DNA of 64,000 nucleotides from Acholeplasmataceae bacterium (GTDB lineage Bacteria; Bacillota_I; Bacilli_A; Acholeplasmatales; Acholeplasmataceae): NCBI GenBank assembly GCA_963667565.1, contig OY763415.1, positions 1,312,001 to 1,376,000 of the forward strand, read 5' to 3'. Shown piece by piece: positions 51,054 to 59,522 of this stretch (position 1 is its first letter; each line of letters starts with the position of its first letter). The notes under the pieces were generated by a model. It saw only the letters and a program-made list of their open reading frames with translations, ran no database searches and was not told where the DNA came from. The position numbers and the translations under genes were made by a program.

Positions 51054-51527
51054 TTAAATGTTTTTTTCAAATACACGATCCCCATTATCTTCTAATCCAA
51101 CTTCTTTGAATCCAAGCTTCATTATTAGATTTAAAGAAGCTCTATTTTCAGGATGTGCACTAGCTTTTATGAGCGTTATGCCCTGCTCTTTTAAAAAAGG
51201 TATAACACCCAAAATGGCTTCATATGTATAACCTTTTCTTGCATGCTTAGGGTGTATCGTATATCCTAACCAACATGATTCGTTTTCTTGATAAAGAAAT
51301 AAGTCTCCATATACTTGATCACTATCAATATCTACGATTGCAAGTTGCAATCCTTTCTTAATATCTGGAATATCATGAATGATCATTTTCGCATACTCAT
51401 GTTTAGTGAATCCTTTAAAGTCTTGATAAAGCATCCAGGATTCATTGTTTCTATATTCCATAAAAGTATCTAAATCTTTCATTAAAAAAGGTCTTATGTT
51501 AAACCGTTCGGTTTTTATCGGCTTCAT
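51054..51527 (-). CDS. RimJ/RimL-type GNAT acetyltransferase
   Basis: TERF.IRP, LGY.IHP..ARKGY..EA, N.AS..L..KLGF. Confidence 0.88.
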   Translation of the reverse strand: MKPIKTERFNIRPFLMKDLDTFMEYRNNESWMLYQDFKGFTKHEYAKMIIHDIPDIKKGLQLAIVDIDSDQVYGDLFLYQENESCWLGYTIHPKHARKGYTYEAILGVIPFLKEQGITLIKASAHPENRASLNLIMKLGFKEVGLEDNGDRVFEKNI

Positions 51528-52333
51528 GAGGCATCACTAATCTTTTTGAACATACTCCAAGTTCCAATAGGTTTAAATCCTAATGATATGTAAATATGTC
51601 CTGCTTTAGGATTGTCATAAAACAGACATAAATCCTTATTTTTTCGATTTAAATAAACATCCATCAAATGGGTCATAAGAAGCCTAGCATAGCCTTTATT
51701 TCGATAATTTGGGTGAGTTGCTACTGCAACAACCATACCATTGATGGTTGTTTCAGCCGTCACAGCAACCGTAGAGACAATCATATCATCTTCTTCAATA
51801 TAATATGTATCTCCCATGTTTATTGAACTTATTTTTTCTTCAATAAATGTATTTCTATCTTTTGCACTATAAGCAAATTCGGTGATTAAAGATAGTAAAT
51901 CATATAGACGATTGATATCCTCTATGTTTGAAGTTAACTTCTTTATTTTTAAATCAGGATTAGCCCTAATTTTTAATTCATATTTATATGTTGCACAAAA
52001 GTATGTAGGTTTTTCCTCATAATTTTGTATATATGGATATACTTCTTTCATAATCTCTGTCTTGCCACTAATAAATAATAATTCATACTGCTTAAATATT
52101 TTAATAAATTCAGGATTAAAATATATTTCTTTTGAATAATAAACTGCATTGGTGCGATAGCGCAGAAAAACAGCCTTGATTTCATCTTGTTCAGTTTCAA
52201 CATAGACCTGTTGAAAGTCAGAATCAAAACCAAAGTGTTCAATATCGCCTATGATGAAAATGTTATAAGCTGCATCTTGATATAAATAATCAAGAATCCA
52301 CTTTCTATCTCGTTCTGTGCATATTCTAATCAT
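51524..52333 (-). CDS. GNAT acetyltransferase (C-terminal FR47-like)
   Basis: VATHPNYRNKGYA, LFYDNP.AG.IY..LGF. Confidence 0.88.
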   Translation of the reverse strand: MIRICTERDRKWILDYLYQDAAYNIFIIGDIEHFGFDSDFQQVYVETEQDEIKAVFLRYRTNAVYYSKEIYFNPEFIKIFKQYELLFISGKTEIMKEVYPYIQNYEEKPTYFCATYKYELKIRANPDLKIKKLTSNIEDINRLYDLLSLITEFAYSAKDRNTFIEEKISSINMGDTYYIEEDDMIVSTVAVTAETTINGMVVAVATHPNYRNKGYARLLMTHLMDVYLNRKNKDLCLFYDNPKAGHIYISLGFKPIGTWSMFKKISDAS

Positions 52334-52438
52334 GATGACTACTTCCTTTAAAAAATTTTATCAACTATGAAAAATGATACCATTTATAACTGTCAAACAA
52401 TTAAAACGTCTATTTTCATTATATCTTATTTATACTTA

Positions 52439-54670
52439 CTATGAGTATCTAATAAGTTCAATTGAATTTAATTTATTAAGTTTATTTGTAATCACTTTAA
52501 CAAAGACTAATGAAATGCTGAGTGGTACAAAAAATATAATAATAACCGATAGATAATTATAATAAAGATAGTTGAAGGAAATAAGATCTAATGATTGAAG
52601 AAAGTAATTAATGATTTGAATAATAAACACGTGAATAATTGATACAATGATCACTGTAGTAATAGAAATCAGTGTTACTTCTGTTACAAAAATCTTCATA
52701 ATATCTTTTAAACTGATGTTGAGTGACCTTAAAATTCCAATCTCGTTTTTCATTGCAATGATTGAATTGTTTACATAAGATAGTGTAATCAGAATGGAAA
52801 TCACAAACAATATAACTCCAAGTATTGAAATCAATAAAGCAATAGAATCTATATATGCATTTGTAATGTTTATGGATTGAGATATGTAAGTATAATCGGT
52901 GATTTGATTTGAATCAAATTCTTTTAATAAATGCTTAGAAATATCATCAACCACAATACCGTTCAGTGCGTTTGTTTGGTAATTATTCATACCAAAATTA
53001 TATGATAATAAATTAAATTCATCTTCACTAAATAACCACGGAATATCTTCGTTGTTTGTTTGGAAAATGCCTCTAATTGTGTATGTTCTATATTCATGTC
53101 CAATAGGATCATTAATGTTAAATGTATATTGATTAATATCCAATGTAATATCTGTACCTATAAGTTGACTCATATCATCTGATAATGATAGTGCCGTATG
53201 ATAATCTATAACAACCTCATCATTATCAACATCCAAAGTTCCAAATGCGAGCGCTTGAAAAAAAGACTGGTTTAAATCAGTGATTCTTATATTGTTATTG
53301 AATTCATTGATGTTAACATTTATATAATCTCTTCTAGTTGCATGACTTACTAAAAAATACGTGCTTTCATTCATGTAAATAGAATGCTTCAAGGCATCTA
53401 TATGCGATGCTTCGGTTGATACATTATCTTGACCATTGATATATGATTGTTGGACAAAAATGTCGACAATTTCCAATTGAATTTCATTTATTGCGATATT
53501 GAGGTTTATAAGCTCATTTACATTGTTAATATTTAGTTCGTCTACCAATTCACTTGCCAATTCTTGAGTGATAATAACTTCACCATAACTAATATCTCTT
53601 ACTCCAAGAATTGTGTTTTTAGTTACATGTGATGTTCTATAAATTCTTGAAATATGAACATCTACTGTCTGATTATTGTATGTGACTTGAGGTGAAATCT
53701 GATCAGTAAACAACATATAATTGTCAATATTATATTTATTTACTAATGATTCAATTTCATCACCAGTGATTGAATACATCAAACCACTAGACAAATTGTT
53801 GCCATATTTCACAAACTCTACATCTGAAATCTGATGCTTTATCATTTGACGTTCTTTTATCTCAAAGATATCATTTGTAAGGATGTTAATTGCAGTAAGT
53901 GTCGTTAAAAAACTCAGTAATAAAGTTAACAATAAAATCACTAATCTTGAGTATTTAGTTTTATAACCTTTGCTTGAAAATCTAAGAATATGGTTGAAAT
54001 TAAGTCTTTCCTCGTCTTTGTCACCAACTTCAATATTCTTTGATTGTTTATGAGAAATAACTTGATGATCAATAATTTCTCCATGTTCAAGTTTATACAC
54101 TTCATCTGCAAGTGGAATAAACAATGATAAATCGTGAGTAGCAACAATAACAGCTTTGTTTTTGCTCACTTCTTTTAGATAATGAGCAATATCAAGTGCA
54201 TTTTTTTCATCCAAATTACCTGTCGGTTCATCAGCTAATATGTATGGTTTATCAATTAAAATAGCTCTCGCAATTGCCACTCTTTGTTGCTGTCCACCTG
54301 ATAACTGATTAGGTTCATGTTCTTTAACATCTTGTATTTGTAGTTCATTAAACACTGAATCAATTTGATTCATCTGTTTTTTATGATTAATCTCCATAGC
54401 AAACTTTACGTTTTCATAAGCTGTCATGTGAGAGAAAAGATGATAATCTTGAAATATAAACGAACAATTTCCTTTTACATTATTTGTTTCTTGCTCGTCC
54501 CATTGATCAATACCTGAAAGACAATTAAGTAGTGTTGATTTCCCAGATCCTGATTCACCTGTAAAAATACATAATCCAGGTTTATCTATAGATATATGAA
54601 TATTTTTTAAAACAGGAATTTTATTGTTTTTAATCTTGTATGTTTTGTTGTTCCCCACGATGTTTATCAT
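52439..54670 (-). CDS. Fused ABC ATPase/FtsX-type permease (MacB-like)
   Basis: GESGSGKST, LSGGQQQR, ADEPTGNLD, TM, large extracellular loop, EIGILRSL C-terminal TMs. Confidence 0.9.
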   Translation of the reverse strand: MINIVGNNKTYKIKNNKIPVLKNIHISIDKPGLCIFTGESGSGKSTLLNCLSGIDQWDEQETNNVKGNCSFIFQDYHLFSHMTAYENVKFAMEINHKKQMNQIDSVFNELQIQDVKEHEPNQLSGGQQQRVAIARAILIDKPYILADEPTGNLDEKNALDIAHYLKEVSKNKAVIVATHDLSLFIPLADEVYKLEHGEIIDHQVISHKQSKNIEVGDKDEERLNFNHILRFSSKGYKTKYSRLVILLLTLLLSFLTTLTAINILTNDIFEIKERQMIKHQISDVEFVKYGNNLSSGLMYSITGDEIESLVNKYNIDNYMLFTDQISPQVTYNNQTVDVHISRIYRTSHVTKNTILGVRDISYGEVIITQELASELVDELNINNVNELINLNIAINEIQLEIVDIFVQQSYINGQDNVSTEASHIDALKHSIYMNESTYFLVSHATRRDYINVNINEFNNNIRITDLNQSFFQALAFGTLDVDNDEVVIDYHTALSLSDDMSQLIGTDITLDINQYTFNINDPIGHEYRTYTIRGIFQTNNEDIPWLFSEDEFNLLSYNFGMNNYQTNALNGIVVDDISKHLLKEFDSNQITDYTYISQSINITNAYIDSIALLISILGVILFVISILITLSYVNNSIIAMKNEIGILRSLNISLKDIMKIFVTEVTLISITTVIIVSIIHVFIIQIINYFLQSLDLISFNYLYYNYLSVIIIFFVPLSISLVFVKVITNKLNKLNSIELIRYS

Positions 54671-54681
54671 TTTAATTTCCT

Positions 54682-55172
54682 CTATAAGTTTATTTTATAT
54701 AAATTGTTATTTCCTTCTTGATCATATTTGATGAATCCTAACTTAATTTGTAATTGATTGGATGCTATATTCCAAACTCTTGCCTCAGAATATAACGTGT
54801 GAATACCATCTTTTTTTAATGCTTCAATCATAGCAAGTATCAGTTTGCTTGCATAATTTTTTCTATAGTAATCTTTATGTGTTTGCAAACCTTCAAGAAC
54901 ATACTTATCATCATAAATATTAATCCTACATACACTGATGATTTTATCATTATCTTTATATATGTAATACTTATAAAAAGAATCACTATATGGACAACTT
55001 TCAATATAGTTAAAATAATCATCTATGATGATTTGTTGTTTATGTAATATATCAGGATCAGTGAGCGATATCCCTCTATCTTGTTCTAATTTATAGTTTA
55101 ATACTTCAAACCATTGTTCTTTTTCTTTAGTTGTTAATTGTGAAATTTTTGTTTATCCCATATTTTAAACAT
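54682..55172 (-). pseudogene. GNAT acetyltransferase with 1-nt frameshift near 5' end
   Basis: ATG 55172 MFKIWDKQKF then stop; other frame SQLTTKEKEQW...LEGLQTHKDYYRKNYAS...N.AS..L..KLGF open from about 55150 to 54682. Confidence 0.75.
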
Positions 55173-55608
55173 ATATTTATACCTTTACCTTGATGCGATA
55201 TACATAATTCCTTGTTTGAAATTAGGCATGTATACAAAATCCATGTCATTAAGACGTTATAAACTTTACATGCATGAACCTCTGCAAATCAATTTCTAGA
55301 AACTATACGATTTTCATCTTCAGTAAGATAACATAGAATATTATTCCTAAAGCGCTGAGAATCCAAAAAAGTATTCCAGAATTGAATATTATATATTGAT
55401 TCAAGATAAAAACAATTAAACATGCTGTCAGCAGTATATTTCTATAATAATTTTGTTTTACTGGTATACTCGATCGATTGATCTATGCTGCGCTTATTAT
55501 CAAAAATGACATTTGCAATTAGCCCTAGAATACCAATAATCATTACAAATATGGAAATGATAATTATTACAATTCAATTAATTTTTTTTTGATAATTATA
55601 AATATCTA

Positions 55609-57963
55609 TTACTTATCATTAATAATATTTATCAACTCTTGTCTCGAAAAATTCTTAATTGGATACCAAATTGAAATCAAACTTATCATTAAACTCAAAA
55701 TAATTGAAATAAAAAGGGAACCAGGGGCAAGTGAAATGACATTTGACTCAATCAACAATTGTTTCTTAATAAATGAATTTAGATATATTAGTATACTATA
55801 ATGAAAAGGTATTGAAATTACTATTGCATATATCATCATTTTTAATGATGTCAAAATAATCAATTTAGATGCATTAACCCTTGAACAACCTAAGCTCATA
55901 AGAATCCCTAAATTGTGCTTATTTTGTATTACTAAATTATTTGAGAAATAATATATAAATGAGACAAGAAAAATCATTGCAACAATAGTAATAACTAAGA
56001 AAATCATAGAAAACGAAGTTATTGAATCGAGTATGAAAAATAATTCATTAGTAGCAAAAGAGTATATCAAAATATTTTCATTTTGAAGGTAATCAATAAA
56101 ATTTTTGTCTATTCGATTATTGGTGAAAGTAACCGCTGTTCCTTGTGTAAAACTAAAAAGTGTTGGATCCCCAATTTGATAAATAGTAGCATTATATATT
56201 TGATCACTTACAAATACTTCACTATTGACTGAATATGTAATACCTGTAATTTTCATATTATTAGTAAAACTCTTTTCACCATAGTTGAATTCAAAATCAT
56301 ATGATTGCCCAAGGAAACTACTTAAATTTTGCTCAGTAACTATTTCTTCCATAACGATGGATAAAAACGACATACTTATTACAATTTCATTATCATTCTC
56401 TGGTAATGAACCTATCATCCCATCACTTGTATAACCACTTAAATTCTCAGCTTTATTTATGGTAATTTCGTAATCACCTGAATAACAATCAATTTTAGAA
56501 AAAGATAATAAAACTTTCTGGAAAGTATTGCTATTCATATAAATGGTTGCAAATTCATTATTCTTCAAAGTTAAATATAAATCATCAGTCAAAAAATTAT
56601 ATTCCCCATTATTATATTGAGCACTACTCCCTTCTAAAAATTGATTATAGTTAGTAACTATCACTTTTTTTATATTAAACAATACTCCTTCAAATTCCCA
56701 TGTTTTCCCAATGGTATTTTGTGGAGAATCTGCATCAATAACTCCATAGTAAATTAATAATGATGCAAAATAATCTGAAATAACGATATCTCCATCATTA
56801 ATCTGATCAGACTCAAAAGAATCTATTACATCAATATATTTAAATAAACTCGTGTCATAGAAGGCATTAAGTATCTCTGATTGATTACTAATGTTGATTG
56901 AATCTAAATCCGATAATGAATATTGATCATTTACATAATAATAATTATTTAAAGAGATGTTGTAATTAGAAACAGTATTGTTAACTATTTCTACACTATC
57001 AAAAAGATATGGATCTATTCGTCCAGTAATTAATTGGTTTTCATTGATTAATTTTGCATGATAAATGTCATTTTGCGACATTGCGCTTGTCAGTATTGAA
57101 GTGTCATTAACAAAAAATAAACTTAAACTAGTTGTCATAAATATTAACGAAAATACCCAAAAAAACACAGTAAAAACAAATCGTTTTTTTCTTTCAAAGA
57201 TCATTTTTTTTGATATCCCTATGATATCTTTAGTTTTTAATTTGACTGATTTAGGAATATATTGGTCATATGAAGTATTTTTTTTTAGTACAATAATATC
57301 ATCTATAATTTCACCATTTTGAATTTTTAATATTCTATCTGAATACTTATTAGCATACTCAATATCATGTGTTACCATTATTATTAATATATCGCTGGAT
57401 ATTTTCTTAAAAATATCAAGAACTTGTTCAGCTGTTTTCTCATCTAAAGATCCTGTAGGTTCATCTGCTAAGATAACTTTTGAGCCTTTTGCTAAAGACC
57501 TTGCAATAGCTACTCTCTGTTTTTCTCCACCCGATAGATTCACTACTATTTCATCTTTCAATTCTTGAATTTCAAGTTTACTTAAGCATTCATTTATAAT
57601 AGTATCGTGTTTATCTTTTTCAATTTTTTGAAGTTCTAAAGCAAGAGAAATATTGTCATAAACTGTAGCTTTTTCCAATAGATTATATTCTTGAAAAATA
57701 TATCCGAAATAGTTATTTCTATAATTGTTATTTTCTTCAATATTTTGTGGTAAGATCAATCTATTATCTATAAAGATTTGTCCGCTGGAAGGTATTAAAA
57801 ATCCTGCAATGATATTTAAAAGAGTTGTCTTTCCACTGCCGCTCTTACCCACTATAGAAACTATACCACTATTTGGTAAAGTTAAATTGACATTAGACAA
57901 TGCTTTAATTATTGACTTCTTTTCATTTATAAAAACTTTATCTACATTATTAAGTTCAATCAT
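55609..57963 (-). CDS. Fused ABC ATPase/FtsX-type permease (MacB-like)
   Basis: GKSGSGKTT, LSGGEKQR, ADEPTGSLD, NLGILMSLG. Confidence 0.9.
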   Translation of the reverse strand: MIELNNVDKVFINEKKSIIKALSNVNLTLPNSGIVSIVGKSGSGKTTLLNIIAGFLIPSSGQIFIDNRLILPQNIEENNNYRNNYFGYIFQEYNLLEKATVYDNISLALELQKIEKDKHDTIINECLSKLEIQELKDEIVVNLSGGEKQRVAIARSLAKGSKVILADEPTGSLDEKTAEQVLDIFKKISSDILIIMVTHDIEYANKYSDRILKIQNGEIIDDIIVLKKNTSYDQYIPKSVKLKTKDIIGISKKMIFERKKRFVFTVFFWVFSLIFMTTSLSLFFVNDTSILTSAMSQNDIYHAKLINENQLITGRIDPYLFDSVEIVNNTVSNYNISLNNYYYVNDQYSLSDLDSINISNQSEILNAFYDTSLFKYIDVIDSFESDQINDGDIVISDYFASLLIYYGVIDADSPQNTIGKTWEFEGVLFNIKKVIVTNYNQFLEGSSAQYNNGEYNFLTDDLYLTLKNNEFATIYMNSNTFQKVLLSFSKIDCYSGDYEITINKAENLSGYTSDGMIGSLPENDNEIVISMSFLSIVMEEIVTEQNLSSFLGQSYDFEFNYGEKSFTNNMKITGITYSVNSEVFVSDQIYNATIYQIGDPTLFSFTQGTAVTFTNNRIDKNFIDYLQNENILIYSFATNELFFILDSITSFSMIFLVITIVAMIFLVSFIYYFSNNLVIQNKHNLGILMSLGCSRVNASKLIILTSLKMMIYAIVISIPFHYSILIYLNSFIKKQLLIESNVISLAPGSLFISIILSLMISLISIWYPIKNFSRQELINIINDK

Positions 57964-58084
57964 AATTTTGTCCTTTATATTATCTTATTAATTCAACATA
58001 AGTTGTCTTACGAAACTTTTTTATTTTATATTTAAAAATCAGAGGAAGATTCTTAAATGTTATTTCATTACCCTGTTTTAAATA

Positions 58085-58969
58085 TTAATAATATGTAATA
58101 CCAGTATATTTTGCATCATTATATTCATAAGTATACCCACTCCAACGATAACTATATAGTCCAGTAGATGCAGTATTATTTATATAACTATAAATAACAT
58201 ATTGATTGGTTAATGTATAATCAGATACTGTATATTCCCAAGTGTCATAACCCAAAACCCATGGAAGACCATGGTGGGTCTTTGTTGAATCATAATTAAT
58301 TGAAAACACTTGAACAACATATGCATAAAATATCCCTCTTGTTTCAAACATATAATATGAAGACCTTGAAGGTATCACGCCAAAATGTTCAGTAACTGTA
58401 TATGAATATGTTTTTACATGCGCATATGATATTGTACTTGACACTGTAGATTCTACTGAAGTTGTAACAGTACCTCCAACACTTCCAAAATCCAACCCTC
58501 CTACTTCTAATGTTGTAGAATTCTCATAACTAAGACTTAAAGAAAGTGTGGCTGAGGTCTCGTATGTAAAAGTTTCACCAACTGTATGAGTCACTTCATA
58601 AGAATAATTTACTCCACTACCCAGATATCTGTATGATTCAAAATATCTTTCTATCGGCATATTGACTCTTATTGGGAACTTATAAATCACGACAACTTCT
58701 GTTGCATAGTCATCATAATTAGTATCATGTGACCATGTGATGTTATTACTCACTTTTTTTTCTTGATAAGACGTATTTGTAGTTGATGTTTTGCTTGGAT
58801 TCCCTAATCTACTATTCACTGGTGCAGGAACATTACTAAGTAAAGAATACGAGGTTCCAATTGATGGAGTTGCAGCGAACACTTTAGTTTCATTATTGAT
58901 AGAGATTCCTAAAAAAACACTTATCAACAATGAAAGTATAAAAACTTTTTTAAAAACTGAAATTTGCAT
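58085..58969 (-). CDS. Secreted Ser/Thr/Tyr-rich protein, possibly aerolysin/ETX-MTX2-like
   Basis: ATG 58969 after AGGAG; signal peptide ending KVFA; long alternating S/T beta-strands flanking GGLDFG turn. Confidence 0.7.
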   Translation of the reverse strand: MQISVFKKVFILSLLISVFLGISINNETKVFAATPSIGTSYSLLSNVPAPVNSRLGNPSKTSTTNTSYQEKKVSNNITWSHDTNYDDYATEVVVIYKFPIRVNMPIERYFESYRYLGSGVNYSYEVTHTVGETFTYETSATLSLSLSYENSTTLEVGGLDFGSVGGTVTTSVESTVSSTISYAHVKTYSYTVTEHFGVIPSRSSYYMFETRGIFYAYVVQVFSINYDSTKTHHGLPWVLGYDTWEYTVSDYTLTNQYVIYSYINNTASTGLYSYRWSGYTYEYNDAKYTGITYY

Positions 58970-59467
58970 TTGAATTTCTCCTAATAATTTATATATAATT
59001 CTTAATAAAACTAAGAATCTTCCCCCTCGATTAAAATAACAATAGTTTGAAACTAATTCAATACTATTTATCAAACGAAACCATTTAAACATAAATAGAA
59101 AAAGAAATGAATTCTCTAAAAAAAATTAAATTAAAAAATTCCCTCCCAAATATTTTCTTATGGTATTAATTGTATCACAATCCTATTAAATGTGTATAGT
59201 CTCAAAATATATTTAACTTTCTATATGCATATATATACATTATTTATCTATGTTTTTAACTACGATAATATTAGGCTTTAAGCTGATACGTATCATTCTT
59301 CATAATTATCTTCATACATTTGACATCTACAGTATGATTGAGATTCATCATATTCAAATAATAATCATTAGATTTACTTTTATGATAGTTATATTTTTTT
59401 GTAATATCGTAATTCTATTGCTGCCATATCATATAAACTCACTATATATTCTTAATCAATATAAAAA

Positions 59468-59507
59468 TGGCGCCGAAAATACGATGTGAAGTTTACTCAC
59501 TTACTTT
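59468..59507 (-). repeat. att-like direct repeat copy A (tRNA 3' fragment + conserved arm)
   Basis: Minus: AAAGTAAGTGAGTAAAC TTCACAT CGTAT TTTCGGC G CCA; 35/40 identical to copy B. Confidence 0.85.
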
Positions 59508-59522
59508 TGGAATTATTGAATT

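Noticed and set aside
59250..59489. 79-aa plus-strand ORF (and 63776-63997)
   Set aside because: Low-complexity AT-rich frames overlapping the att-like repeats; no RBS; likely spurious.
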